Part shown: positions 23,965-38,500 of the stretch, in pieces | Position numbering within the stretch: the first letter of the stretch is position 1 | How the letters are laid out: every line of letters starts with the position of its first letter | Origin: Priapulus caudatus | Lineage: Eukaryota | Assembly: GCF_000485595.1 (NCBI RefSeq) | Contig: NW_014577076.1 | Span: forward strand, 625,192-689,191 | DNA length: 64,000 bases | Reading direction: 5' to 3' | The notes under the pieces: model-generated | Seen by the model: only the letters and a program-made list of their open reading frames with translations | The model's database searches: none | What the model was told of the DNA's origin: nothing | Translations under genes and position numbers: made by a program

Positions 23965-24843
23965 GGTGGTGTGGGGGGGGGGGTCACTGGTGTTATATGG
24001 GTGGAAGACCAGAATGTGTTCCCAGATTCCCTCATTTATTTAGTAACGTCATGACGACATCAATATGTCCTGAAGCTACTGCGGTGATGTAAATAATATC
24101 CAGTGTGCTGCAGAATTACTCGTCACCGCTGCATAGCAAGCAATCAGCGCAGTGATGCTGCAGTATGCTAATGCTTTTTCGTATACGCATGAATAACACT
24201 ATACTCTAGCTGTCAGCATTATTTTCAGTTAAATTGGGCTCAGTTTATGCTATACATACCATCTTTACTTTCTTTTATTTACATTATTATCATTATTTAT
24301 AACAAAATAGGTAACAACCAGATTTTTTTTATGTCGCCGGGCAGTGTAAGAAAGAGATTGCGCTATTAATAAGGTTCTGCCTGTAGCAGTGAATACTTTT
24401 AAGTTTACTTAATAAGTCTATTTTTGTGCGCTTTCATTCATAGTTTACAATTTTTTAATCATCGCAAGGGTGGACGGAATTACGATATTTCTGCGTTCTA
24501 TTTTAGCTTCAGTTTTGCATGAGTTAGCTCGCATTTTTCTTTTTACACGGTTTAACAGTACATCCATCATCTTTTAATTATATGAACTATTTTACATGTT
24601 CAACGACATCAATCAACACCGTCCCGAGGTTTTTTTAATTATGTTTTTATTCATGTATATTGATGTGCAGCGAAAAACAGACGTTTGCACGTAGGATAAT
24701 TAACGCCGAATTTAAGTGAAATTGAAGCTGAAAGCTCTGCCTATCTTTTCCTTCAACAGTAGTGTGTTTGCACTGCGTGTATTTGTGTTTTACACACGCC
24801 GTGTTTTAGGAGTCGAATACGTTTTGAATCGTTCACTGGCAAT

Positions 24844-24881
24844 CAGGAGTAGATAATAGGGCTGCCTATTATCTACTCCTG
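24844..24881. mobile_element. 38-bp TIR-only micro-transposon with an 8-bp TSD
   Basis: CAGGAGTAGATAATAGG-GCTG-CCTATTATCTACTCCTG (perfect 17-bp TIRs), flanked by CTGGCAAT at 24836-24843 and 24882-24889. Confidence 0.85.
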
Positions 24882-27049
24882 CTGGCAATGAGTATGCGAA
24901 TGCCGATACGCGCGCACATGCGTGAACTATTCCATGTGCTACTGCGCGCACTATGCGTGTGCTACTGTGTGTACTACTGCGTGTAGTATTTGTGTACTAC
25001 CGCCTGCATTACTGCGTGTACAAGTGCGTTCATTACTTCGTGTACAGTTCGTATACGATCGTGTCTGTTCGGCGGCGCAGGTCGCCGGATCGGCGAGGGA
25101 TCGCAGCATCCTTGCATGCATGCATGCGCGCTGCCAAGTTCGTGTTTTCATCGCTCACGCTTTTTAGCGTCCGAATGAGATGGCGCTGTCAGTGAGTGTA
25201 GACTTGCTCGGCTGGCGATCAATTTTTGAAGAACCAGAAGCCTCATACGCAGCTGCGCCACCGCCGCCACCACCGCCGCCGCAGCACGACGATAGTTACT
25301 TCTAAACGAATGCTGTATTTGCCATAGGTTTGCGGCTGATTGATGATCCCCGCTGAACTTTCGTGTGTTGTGGCGGAGAGAGTGTTCGTTAGGCGAAGGT
25401 TTATGCACCATTGCGTGTGATCAGTGTGTGCGTGTGTGCGTGTGCATGTGCGTGCGTGTTTGCGTGCGCGCGTGTGCGTGCGCGTTAGTATGCGCAGCCC
25501 TGTCTGGCTAGAACAGAGTACGTCTTTCTGCCGCTTCGGCTTGACATGTATTCAGATGAGCATCCCATTAAATGTAGCTTTAATGGTACATTATTAGGGG
25601 CGCTGGCGGGCCCGTTGTGCACGTCGCCGAATGTTTAGCATGTTCATTACGAATCACTTTACGGAGAGATGATTTCATTACAGTTGCCTGTCCCGCTTCA
25701 ATCGTTTTCTTTTGCGCGCCAGAGGCTGAGGAGCTAGTCAGAGATAGCCGAGGGGATGTGATGCCATCGCGCGCAGTGCACAAGTACGTTAGAACTTCAC
25801 GCATATATTCTCGTGCGCGTGGATACTCGCAAATTTAGAGAAACTGCGTATTTATTCTATATTCAATGAAAAAATATTAAACATTGAATTATGAACGTTA
25901 TTATAATTATAACGATGAAATTAATGGCGAATTTTGGCGGGCTTCATGCGCGCTGTATATTGATTGATTGGAGCCAGAACCAGTCAACCCGCAATAAAGC
26001 GCGTCTCTTGGAAGCCAGGTTAGCGCTATATATTGACTATTGACATTCTGCAGTTTTAAATAATCGGTGCATTAAATAATTTAAAAAATCCTATGATTGG
26101 TCGTCTGTAGGATAAGAGTGTCTGATCATAAAAAGATATGACATCACTCACACTTGCACGTGCACAGTTTTTGACATTTAGGACTTATTATACTATAGGT
26201 AAAGGTATGTACGATGTTTCTGAGAACGTCCCGCTGACTTTAATTTAGCGGTTAAACCCTGTCTGATTGCCGCCGCATCAGCTAGGCAGCACCAATCAGA
26301 ACATTTTCCCCTGATGTGCGTCACAAACAATGTTGATAGATGGCGCTGAACTGTTCGCGTTTGTGCTTAGTCCGTTTGATCTACCTGTGTGAAACTGAAT
26401 TGGGTGCCTTACGAAACCTTTAATATATATATATACACTCAACGCCGAAGTCAAACTGCATGCAGTGCCCCTTCGCTCACTCAGGATGTAGATTGAGCCC
26501 ATGAGCGAGAGTGCCATCTGTCGTGGAGTTTGCCCCGAAGTGTCAGCGACTGCATGGCCCTTGTATTTATGGTTGCACCATGGCACCTAGCTCCAAGAAA
26601 CGGTATTGCTAGGGTTAGAATACCATTGACGTGTATTGACGTTAGTCACACAGCCTGGTCGGGTTACATGGCACCATGACCACTATGGCCGTCTAGAACT
26701 ATGCATAAGCTCGTAAGAATACGAATATATAATATGTATCATATAAGGCAAGTTTCATTTACAAGCTAGCACTAGTATTTAGTCACAGATAGAAAAGATT
26801 GCATTTGCTTTGTACTGAATATTTCTTGATAACAAATTCATTTTTTGACAAAATCCTCGGTTCGCGGTGGCGCCTGAAAGATATGCTTTCACAAAATTTG
26901 CCCGATCGGTCACGCGTCTGTATCGATGTGTCATGATTACAATAATCCGGCAGCGTATACGTACACGATATCATCGTATGCTGAGTGCATCTTTGGGATA
27001 AACAAGCGGCTGCACCAATATCTAACAAATTTCTGCTGCTACAGTTGCG

Positions 27050-27543
27050 CAGGGTGTTAGCCAGGAAAAGAAATCAGGGAGTCTCTCCTTCTGAGCGAAG
27101 CGAGGATGCTGCGGGCGCGAAGCGCCCTGGGGGGAGGGGGGGTGTGGGAGGGGGTTTCCCCGTCCTACGGTGTGGAAATCCTTTAAAACCTTACCTTAAA
27201 GTGGAGGAAATTTAGTCTGAAATGCCAAAAAGACAGGAATCTGATATGATTTTATATTCTTATAAGCATTGTTGTCAGTTATACACGGTGTCATTAATGC
27301 ATCTACTCTACATAATCTTATTAATCATCATTAATCTGACAACATTTATGGATTCATCTTCCCCAATTATTCTGCTGAAAAGGTTCGTGTTATGAAACGA
27401 GCCACGAGGAAAAACCGACGATATTATTTTCATGCAGGGGTAAAATCGGGCCGCCCTCATGCTGTCTCTATCAAATTTCATCCGTCTCATCCGAAAATAG
27501 GCCGTCCAAAAGACGGGTAGACGGGTCTCTGGCTAACACACTG
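27050..27543. mobile_element. hAT MITE
   Basis: 15-bp TIRs CAGGGTGTTAGCCAG and CTGGCTAACACACTG (1 mismatch). Perfect 8-bp TSD CAGTTGCG at 27042-27049 and 27544-27551. Confidence 0.92.
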
Positions 27544-28200
27544 CAGTTGCGGAGACATGTTAGAACCACTGCTGGTCAATCTCGTTACAGATACATATCA
27601 AGAGATGTACTCTTGATTACATGTGCTGATTTATCACGTTATCGGTCGCTAGAAGAACCTGCGCATATTAGTTCCTCAATGGTATACAGAGTCGAGCAGA
27701 ATTGTTCTTTATGGTGCCGCGTAGCTGAGTGGAAGGCATATACAAGTTAATTAAACTATAAGTGATGAATGAGGTGTCGCTGTTTATCCTGTCGTGGCTG
27801 CATGTTACCCAGTCTGCAGTTTAGCATGCAGGAAATGAGTTCTATCTATTGGAGAGCGCCATTTCATTGCCGTATCTGTAATGTATTTCCTGTGCGGCAT
27901 AATGCTATATGAGCAAGACGCTATATATGCATCCACCATTGGACATTGGTTTCTACCTGTGTGCATATATATACACATATATATCCGTGATATTTATATA
28001 GGTATATTAATATATATTTATCTGTAATAATACATTATTGGAAATATATGGCTAAATTGAGGTAAAAAAAAAGAACACGAAGTAAACGAAATAGTAAAAA
28101 CGAAATTCTCCCGAAATTTTCCCGAAATTTTCCCCCATTTAAAGGGTTTCTTTGACATTCAGTACTTAATGGGTTAGCGTAATGATTTGAACCTTAGCTA

Positions 28201-29005
28201 TCTAATATATATTTGAGTTCGTATGTATGTATGTATGTATGTATCTTCCCTATAGGCGGCCAAACCGCCCAAGCGATCTGCATGCAATTTTCACAGGGCC
28301 ATCTGTTATACCCGGGGAGTATTCCTAGATAAAAAAAAAACCTGTCAAACCGTCAAACTCGCCGAAAAATCCGTGAAAAACCCGTCAATTCGTGAAACTT
28401 CACACAATGTCAGAACTCACTGTACAGTGCTGCCACACACAGAAAAATCGATTCCCTCTCCTCATCCGGCTGCTGGTATTGTGAAACCGAAACCGAGCGC
28501 CGAGCTAAAACAGAGCACAGCCAGGACCAGTTCGACTGCATTGTTTATCAACAGGCTTTGAAATGAGAAGTGCAACCCATTTGTACATGCTGTTACGTGC
28601 CGTACGTGCCATACGTGCATGCCGTACGTGGGGAGCTCAACAGTTCGAGACCTCAGCAATCTTTACATATTTCCACCAGAGAATAACTCGAAAAACATTG
28701 TTTATCAAGAGGTTTTTTAAAATGAAAAGTGCAACCCATTCGTACATGCTGTTATAATAACTTTTTGTCATTTACACCATATTACTATTATGTTCCAGGG
28801 GTTCTAAGTTGGGTTGTGCTGTCATATAAATGTCATACGTAACAGTTTTTCCCCATGCTTATTATCTTATTAGACTGATTTCTAAATATTCATATTGTGT
28901 GCAATGTTATTGTCGATTTTTACCCAATGCTCCTATTGTGTCCCATTATTAGTAGTATGAATTAGTAGCACGATTTTACCCAGCGCAGCGGGTACCCGCA
29001 GCTAG
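28201..29005 (+). mobile_element. Non-autonomous Helitron
   Basis: 5' A|TCTAATATATA followed by (GTAT)n. 3' GC-rich hairpin TACCCAGCGCAGCGGGTA (about 28977-28994) then CTAG|T. Inserted between A (28200) and T (29006) with no TSD. Confidence 0.85.
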
Positions 29006-29104
29006 TATAATATATATTATATATGCATACCATATGGCACTGTTGAATTATTGTCATCATTCGAGCAGGCTAAGCAGTTTCACAGAGCAATTTTATATGC
29101 GCCG

Positions 29105-29186
29105 AGAGAAAGAGGAAAGAGAGACGGGAACAAGGGAGGAAGCGTAGAGGAATAGATGGGCAGAGATGAAAGGATGGAGAAGGGGG

Positions 29187-29235
<49 letters not shown>

Positions 29236-29304
29236 AGAGAGACGGGAACAAGGGAGGAAGCGTAGAGGAATGGATGGGCAGAGATGAAAGGATGGAGAAG
29301 GGGG

Positions 29305-29371
<67 letters not shown>
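29105..29371 (+). repeat. Two copies of a 118-bp purine-rich unit ending in (GA)n, running into an assembly gap
   Basis: GAGACGGGAACAAGGGAGGAAGCGTAGAGGAAT...AGGGGGAAAA(GA)n occurs at about 29121 and 29239. Confidence 0.9.
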
Positions 29372-29802
29372 NNNNNNNNNNNNNNNNNNNNNNNNNNNNN
29401 NNNNNNNNNNNNNNNNNNNNNNNNNNNNNNNNNNNNNNNNNNNNNNNNNNNNNNNNNNNNNNNNNNNNNNNNNNNNNNNNNNNNNNNNNNNNNNNNNNNN
29501 NNNNNNNNNNNNNNNNNNNNNNNNNNNNNNNNNNNNNNNNNNNNNNNNNNNNNNNNNNNNNNNNNNNNNNNNNNNNNNNNNNNNNNNNNNNNNNNNNNNN
29601 NNNNNNNNNNNNNNNNNNNNNNNNNNNNNNNNNNNNNNNNNNNNNNNNNNNNNNNNNNNNNNNNNNNNNNNNNNNNNNNNNNNNNNNNNNNNNNNNNNNN
29701 NNNNNNNNNNNNNNNNNNNNNNNNNNNNNNNNNNNNNNNNNNNNNNNNNNNNNNNNNNNNNNNNNNNNNNNNNNNNNNNNNNNNNNNNNNNNNNNNNNNN
29801 NN
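29372..29802. other. Assembly gap (431 N); 10-N gaps also at 36828-36837 and 41362-41371
   Basis: N runs in the sequence. Confidence 1.
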
Positions 29803-32427
29803 ATATATATATAATATATATACAACACAACACTTAGTTACACAACAGACATAATATATCATATTTATCATAAGTGTTAACTCAAGAGAATTGTCAGTAT
29901 TGCTAGTTGCATCAACATTGTTGCGGTTGATGCGAAGCTGTTATAAACTACTTTGTTAAATCTGCACAAAAGAATGGCTCATTCAGTAGAGGCAACCAAG
30001 CTGAATGCAAAATTGAAATAACGCATGCATGAATTATAGCTCGGGAACACTTCCGATGGTTTATTAGGTAAACCCCTAGACTATATATGGCGAGTGGTTG
30101 TGCATGCACAGTGGAAACTGTAAGTGCAAGTCCATGTATTAGAGGTTTAATAATCTGAATGTTTCCTAACACACTCAAAACCTGACTCTTGAGAGTGATT
30201 TGGTGAAATATCTACGATTAAATGGAGCGAACGTATTTCAAACAAGCCTATTATCTATTTTCATTCGTTTCGTATGGTAGTTATAACTACATCACGTCAG
30301 ACTGAGCACGCGTAAGTATAGCGGTAGATGTGCTCCTCAGGTGGGCGATATTCAATGGAAAGTAATCACGTGCTTTATAGAAGAAATTCAGACATCTTGT
30401 GGGCACACGGTCATTTTCATGCAGTGCACGTAACTACCACTGTCATGTGATCCGTCATGCATTCATCATAGTTCAGCAAACATTGAAGAGTTGCGGACTC
30501 ATCCGCGTTGAAACCCATGTCCGATAGACTAAACCAAAGATGGGGAATCTATCCTAACATATCTCTGGTCGTATGTAGAGGCGTATACGTGAGTCGGGTA
30601 CTCTGCCTACATTTGATGGTCGAGGCGTGGTGCTGACAGTGGAGGGGTGGTGGGACAGTGATTGTTTGTTCTCGTGAAACAGATCTACTCTGCTATGCAG
30701 TGTAGGTCTATCTGCGAGTACAGTGTAACCAGACGGCCGTTAGGGATTCGTGCGCATGGAAGAATTGTTTATTGCTTCTCTCAACAGCCGATGTCGATTG
30801 CCTGATCGCCTCCAGATTGTCGAGATAATATTCTGCTCCTGTAGCCTACGGTAGCTGCTCTGTTATGTTAAGCGCTGCCTTTCATCTCGCTGTAAAAAGG
30901 GGATAGGTTTACAACGTCAACATATCTGCATACGATATTTACTTGGTAGCGGGGAAGCATGCAATATTCCGTGTGCAGCATTCTGTGGCGTACAGCTGAA
31001 GCGTTAGGTAGCACCCTGCATTTAAAACACACATTACCGAATATAGGGTTCTCTGGTGAAAATAAATGAGATCAAACAAAAGCATTGTGTCGTACATGGA
31101 TTTCCCCGTTCATAAAAGTGCACGATTGTCTACACGTGGGTCAGTGTACATGTGGCATCGTGTAAATATCTTGAAATCGGTGCAATATAAATATGTATAT
31201 GATTATGTGTCATTGTATATATATATTATACATAAACTTTCAAAGTGAATGTGATGTGTGCGATTTTTCTGTAATTTTTCTCTACCAATGCACCTATAGC
31301 TGGGTCTCAATAACGTACTGGGTAAATGACGACGTGTGTCTGCATGCATATCACTGAGCGATAGTTACTGAGTGAATGCCGTTAACAATATGTCAAGCGG
31401 GAATCTCCTCCGCGGCCTGCTCCTCGTTTCTCTATACACGAGTAGAATAAAGCAACTGCAGATCGAGTAATGTAGACTCCGAGGAGCGGGCGGGCCCTCT
31501 GGACAAATAGTATTCGTAACTATTTCATTCTGATTTAGCTGCACGCTGTTTGACTTGCCAATTTCCCAGTGTTTTCCGAGGGAGTTCGCCTTGCACATGC
31601 ATTAATAAGATCTTTGGACTTTTGGTAAATATAGCGCGCAGGTTGGCGAGGGTTTTCAGGGGGCGCTACCTCGCAGCGTGAGCGACTGTATAGCACATAA
31701 TGGAACCACGGGCTTTGCTGCATGGTGCAGAAGTTATCACCGTACCACTGCATTACGTAAAACGTACATATACCTGTATGGAGGCACCTTATATCCCGCG
31801 ACACCCCTGCGCAAGGTTATGTTAGATACTCCCCGCTCGCTATGACCAGATATAGCTTACGTGTAAAAGGATCGTAAGTCTGTGTAAGATTTCTTGTCAT
31901 TTTCTATAAGCTCTTCTGTGTAAACATCGTCTGGACAGCCACGCAGTTTTTACATGGGATTAATAATAAAACGTTCCGTGACGCGGCCGGATACTTTTGC
32001 TGCATTATTTATAGTATCGAGAACGAACAGCAAGGATTACTTGCATGGGCCGACTCTATCTCACATAGAGCTATATATCTACATATTATACAACAGTATA
32101 GTCACGACGCGTCTACATGTGTCATCTCGCCCTCGTATTATTGCCTTAAAATGAACGATTCATGAAGATGCTTAGAATGCCACACGTGTCGTGAATGTTA
32201 TATACACTCGCTCGTTATGAACGTTGATGACATCGGAGACGTTGTAATTGGGTATATGGCAGGATAATTAATATATCAGTGTGCCGATGTATGATTACTG
32301 GCGGCTTGGCTGAACACTGGCTTCAGCAAATTGCATGTGAAGGGTTTGTGTTCATACGTGAGTTGTCATGGTCGCAGCAAATGTACGGTGTACAGGTGAA
32401 GAAACTAGTTATGGTGTGCGAGTATTA

Positions 32428-32462
<35 letters not shown>

Positions 32463-32530
32463 TACGTGCGTGAGGGTGCAGGTGTGTGCGTGCGTGCGTG
32501 CGTGCGTGCGTGGGTGCGGGTGCAGTTGTG

Positions 32531-32562
<32 letters not shown>

Positions 32563-32590
32563 TGCGTGTGTGTGTATGTGTGTGTGCGTC
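32428..32590. repeat. Compound (GCGT)n/(GT)n microsatellite
   Basis: Directly visible; similar tracts at about 48478-48535, 49228-49345 and 57352-57575. Confidence 0.95.
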
Positions 32591-35500
32591 TGTATGTATT
32601 TGTAGGTGCCTGGGGGAGGAAAGACTGATGACATAAGTGTGTTGTGTTGTGGGTAGAACGGCATGTGTCTCGCATGCGGATCTAAAGCCATCCATTCTTC
32701 CTTATCTATAATGAGCGACGAGCCGTGCACTGCTTGTTACCTCTCACACCGCATGTAACGACTTCTTTGCAGTTTCCTTCTCGCCAGTGCCCGGAAACGA
32801 GAGCCATTACTACCATTCCCGATGTATTCGCACATCTAGCTTATCATTAATTAGGCTATCAACCACTCATCTCCTTATATATATATATATATATACGAGT
32901 AAAATGGTCATGTTATTACACCCGCACGCACGCATGCACACAATGTAACACGCCAGGTAATGAAATGAAACGTATCACAATAATTCACATACATAATTTA
33001 ACGGATAAAGCTCAGGAGTGGCGAAAACCGCAAAGACCATCAATGTCTGCCACCCATACAAGAAAGTTCTAAAGTAGACTGTTGTCATGGTAACCATGAA
33101 TTTATAATGAGTGATTAAATGAAAAATAAATAACCCGTAAGGTACATACATCTGATGAATTATTATAACGAATAATGTGCCAAAAAATCTGTAAACTTTA
33201 TAATTATATCATTGCCTAAAATCAAGCAATGACAAGAATCGGAACTTTCCGATCTGTTTCGTCATATCATTATTATCTGCACGTACATTTTGCAACCAGT
33301 TTGCACGTCGGTATCCAGTTTCAATGAGTTAGATACGCGATAATGTATAGAGCGCTTAACTCATTAAGGAAATAAGATGTTTACGGGTCTATTCCGCGTA
33401 GGCGGTTGCGATTTAGAGAGCATGATAGAATTTGGGTCGGAGCAGATTTGTTGGTATACGGTATACGATAAGATCCAGTCACTAGATCATGTAAAATTAA
33501 GTGTGGCTGACCAGTGAGACTGAGTAGGCAGCCCATGACACATGCATAGATAACAGCGATCACGCGCACCGATTTGCTGGTAGTCCCCGAATTTACCTGT
33601 AATGGCAAAGATCGTTAACAATTAGTGCAGAAGCAAAGCAGGTTAATGGCAGGAAGCCATCGAGACTCCAGTAGCAGCAGTATGGTACGCATGTGCTTGT
33701 AGGCTCAGCAATAACACTGGTCTACCAGGTGCAGTGGGATGACAGCTGCTGCTGCTGCTGCTGCTGTTGCTGCTGTTGCTGCTGCTGCTGCTACTACTAC
33801 TACTACTACTACTTCTACGTGTGTACATGTGCGTGTGCGTGTCTAAGTGCGTGCACTCGTGTGCGTGTGCTTTTCCATGCCAGGAGACATCTGTTACGTG
33901 TCCAGTATATACTCTCGGCCTCAACCGAGATGGGAAGAGTGTAAGAGAGTGATGAAGATAGATAGATAGATAAATAAATAAATGAAGCATTGGAGAATGG
34001 GAGCAAGGGATTTAATAGGTAAAGAGGAAGGGGGAGGGAAAGAGAGAGGAGGGATGGAAGAAGGGAGGGATTGCCAAGAGGGAGAGGGAGAGGGGTATTG
34101 AAAAGGGGCGAGGGAAAGAGAGGGGGAGAGGGACGTGGAAGGAAGAAAAAGGAATAAAGAGGTGGGGAGGAAAATGAAGGTGAAGCAGTGTTTATTTTTG
34201 AGTAGTAATAGTTGGGTCATCTGAAGCAATTCCGTGACCGTTGAGAGCGAAGGTTCGTTTCTCAGTGGATTTGTCTTCTATGAAGGTTAACTAAAAAATT
34301 TAAATCCCAAAATCCAGAATGGCCGTCGTCTGCCATTAAAAAAAAACATTTTTTCGATGGTTTGGCCTACAGTGCTGCTCAGTATATGGTTTCTGGGGTT
34401 TTTTGGGTCGGGAAATTCATATTTGATGTTGGTTTGATGATTTGATCTAGACTTGACCTTTAAATCCAAGATGGCCGCCAATTCACAGCGTAAAAAGGTC
34501 AATTTTTTAAATTCGTTGTAGTGTCTTCATAATAGGCTCTAATGAAAGCTCTCTTCATGTTGAGTTGAGTTATCGACAGTAAAACTACAATAATGTACAC
34601 AGAGACCATCTCAGAGGTCAAAAGGGCTACAGCGAATTCCTGGTAAAATGATGATTCATTGTTTCGCGGAAACACATATGCAGGATAGTCTCGCTCTATC
34701 CAGTTAAAATTATACCTAGAGTACATGCATAGGCTTGCATACACGTCTGAAAAAAATTCTTGAGCATGGAGAAATATCAGAAGACATCAAGCTGAACCTT
34801 GACATTCTGCACAGTGCACTCACTGAGACCCAACAGGCTACATGAAGCGGACTATAATCTCCAGTATGATGATGACATAAAAGAACTGATTAACAAAGTT
34901 TATGAGAAACCTGGCACAGACATGGAAGACTTCTGGGTCTCGTTCATGGAAATGACGCACCCTCTTGTTCAAAATATTGATGCATGTCTTGCACTAAATG
35001 GCTCAAAGCACCTATCATCAATATACGACATGTTGGCTGGACTCATGGCATATGACAACCATGACTATGGGAGGTGGCTGCCAGATTATTGAGCGTTGTT
35101 GTCTTTGCTGTCATATGAGCAAATGGCCTTCTTCAACGATGACTTTGCGCAGTCGATGACAGGGCTACCCTACTCTTGCCAACCACTGGACCTTTGGATA
35201 GAAACGACAATGAATCTAAACTCGAAGCTAAAACAAGGATGGCTTCAGCTACTGCAGAATGAGAAGCAACTGTTCTCAACAACAAGGAATGCAAACAATG
35301 TCGTGAGGGTGAAAACCACTATGAATCGGAATCTCTAGTGCCAGCGTCGCCATAGAAAGCATGTTGAGTGCCAACCAGCAAGATTGAAAACGGATGAGCA
35401 GGCAGTTCAGGACCTGCGGGCATGCATGACAGTTTGAAGCTGCGCCATTTGATGAATCTAAACCAACACTGAGTTAACTACAGTCTGGCCTGGTCGCCTC

Positions 35501-38500
35501 ACCGGAGCTTGTCCCTGACCTAAAGATGGCACTACCAGATGGTCAAACTCAGGCTGAAAACCTCCTGCAAGAGCAAGTGTTCACCAAGACCAAGCCTCTC
35601 ACCGCAATCATTCATAGGAATAAGAGGCAGAATTTTGCAAGTGAGCAGATATGTGCCTTATCTGGTGCACCCATGAAGGTGGCCCAGATGGAGAGGTCGG
35701 GGCTGGCGGCCCTGGTAGACCTTCCGGAGGAGTCAGGTATGATCAAACTTGAGTCAGCCCTTGAGGGGCGAGTGACTGATGAGTGCCTATCAATGTACAA
35801 TGCAGATGAATTAATGCAATGCGCAAAACTAGTAAGAGCAAGTTGTTACAGCTGTTCAACCTAGACCTAGTTGCCGAAAAACCACGGAACCACGTCAGCC
35901 TCGTGGACATGGGGCTAATCTGGCGGTTAGCCACCCCTACACCCGAGGATCATGAGGCTAGGAAGAGGGATGGCTCAGAGTACCGCTGAAGTGACTACTT
36001 AGATACGATCTATGCAATCATCATCTCACACCACGCTGAGGCACGCCTCATCATCTTCGTCAATGACAAGTATGACCTTCCCTTCAGCATCAAGAATGAT
36101 GAGCATGATCGACGGGCAGCAAAACATCCACACATCCCAAATGTTTTTCTTAAGCTCGAAGACATATTCCCAGGAGCTGTTGAGTTCAACAAAGTATTGG
36201 TCAATTCTGTAAACAAGGTCAGACTGCAGAAGCTTGTGATGGAACAGAAACCGAGAACTACACGGAAGCAGTTGTACTAGACAGCGAGGACACAGTCTAA
36301 GCAGCTAGTGTCTGGCATCAACTTCGAGGTGATCTGCTGATTAAACGCAAGCATGAGTTAATCAATTGCCATGCCATGCTCTCAGAAGATGTTGCAAATA
36401 TCATCATACCTCTCAATGTGATCACACATCAGGGTTCTATGGGCATGGGAAAAAGCTATTGTTGCAGAAGTTCATCAATGATCCCGAGGCAAGAGAGCTC
36501 CTAGAACGAGTGGGCGAGAGTCTGGAGTTGCGTGACGAAGTCAAAGCTGATATGAAAGCATTTGTCCTCACCAAAGTCTATGGTGAGAGTGCAAATGTTA
36601 GTTGCGGGCAGGCCAGAGCGTCCAAGTGGCACAAACTGAAGAAGAAGAGTATGGTCCGCCTCCCACCTGATGATGACACATTGAATCACCATGTGGAAAG
36701 GACGAACTACATCACATATTGCCAGCTCCATTACAACTTGCTAGAGCATCTTTCCCCCATTGGCCATGGTTGGGAAATCATGCATGGGAAGTGCCGACCA
36801 GTGCGCCACACTCTGCCACCAGGGCCGNNNNNNNNNNGCGTGCGTGCGTGTGTATGTATGTGTGTGTGTGTGTGTGTGTCTGTATGTATTTGTGGGTGCC
36901 TGGGGGAGGAAAGACTGATGACAGAAGCGTGTTGTGTTGTGGGTAGAACGGCATGTGTCTCGCATGCGGATCTAAAGCCATCCATTCTTCCTTATCTATA
37001 ATGAGCGACGAGCCGTGCACTGCTTGTTACCTCTCACACCGCATGTAACGACTTCTTTGCAGTTTCCTTCTCGCCAGTGCCCGGAAACGAGAGCCATTAC
37101 TACCATTCCCGATGTATTCGCACATCTAGCTTATCATTAATTAGGCTATCAACCCCTCATCTCCTTATATATATATATATATACGAGTAAAATGGTCATG
37201 TTATTACACCCGCACGCACGCATGCACACAATGTAACACGCCAGGTAATGAAATGAAACGTATCACAATAATTCACATACATAATTTAACGGATAAAGCT
37301 CAGGAGTGGCGAAAACCGCAAAGACCATCAATGTCTGCCACCCATACAAGAAAGTTCTAAAGTAGACTGTTGTCATGGTAACCATGAATTTATAATGAGT
37401 GATTAAATTAAAAATAAATAACCCGTAATGTACATACATCTGATGAATTATTATAACGAATAATGTGCCAAAAAATCTGTAAACTTTATAATTATATCAT
37501 TGCCTAAAATCAAGCAATGACAAGAATCGGAACTTTCCGATCTGTTTCGTCATATCATTATTATCTGCACGTACATTTTGCAACCAGTTTGCACGTCGGA
37601 ATCCAGTTTCAATGAGTTAGATACGCGATAATGTATAGAGCGCTTAACTCATTAAGGAAATAAGATGTTTACGGGTCTATTCCGCGTAGGCGGTTGCGAT
37701 TTAGAGAGCATGATAGAATTTGGGTCGGAGCAGATTTGTTGGTATACGGTATACGATAAGATCCAGTCACTAGATCATGTAAAATTAAGTGTCGCTGACC
37801 AGTGAGACTGAGTAGGCAGCCCATATGACACATGCATAGATAACAGCGATCACGCGCACCGATTTGCTGGTAGTCCCCGAATTTACCTGTAATGGCAAAG
37901 ATCGTTAACAATTAGTGCAGAAGCAAAGCAGGTTAATGGCAGGAAGCCATCGAGACTCCAGTAGCAGCAGTAGTAGAAGTAGTAGTAGTAGTAGTAGTAG
38001 CAGCAGTAGTAGAAGTAGTAGTAGTAGTAGTAGTAGCAGCAGCAGCAGCAACAGCAGCAACAGCAGCAGCAGCAGCAGCAGCTGTCATCCCACTGCACCT
38101 GGTAGACCAGTGTTATTGCTGAGCCTACAAGCACATGCGTACCAGTGTGTACATGTGCGTGTGCGTGTCTAAGTGCGTGCACTCGTGTGCGTGTGCTTTT
38201 CCATGCCAGGAGACATCTGTTACGTGTCCAGTATATACTCTCGGCCTCAACCGAGATGGGAAGAGTGTAAGAGAGTGATGAAGATAGATAGATAGATAAA
38301 TAAATAAATGAAGCATTGGAGAATGGGAGCAAGGGATTTAATAGGTAAAGAGGAAAGGGGAGGGAAAGAGAGAGGAGGGATGGAAGAAGGGAGGGATTGC
38401 CAAGAGGGAGAGGGAGAGGGGTATTGAAAAGGGGCGAGGGAAAGAGAGGGGGAGAGGGACGTGGAAGGAAGAAAAAGGAATAAAGAGGTGGGGAGGAAAA

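Noticed and set aside
29070..29871. Long ORFs of 176-263 aa
   Set aside because: Artefacts of the N gap and (GA)n repeat.
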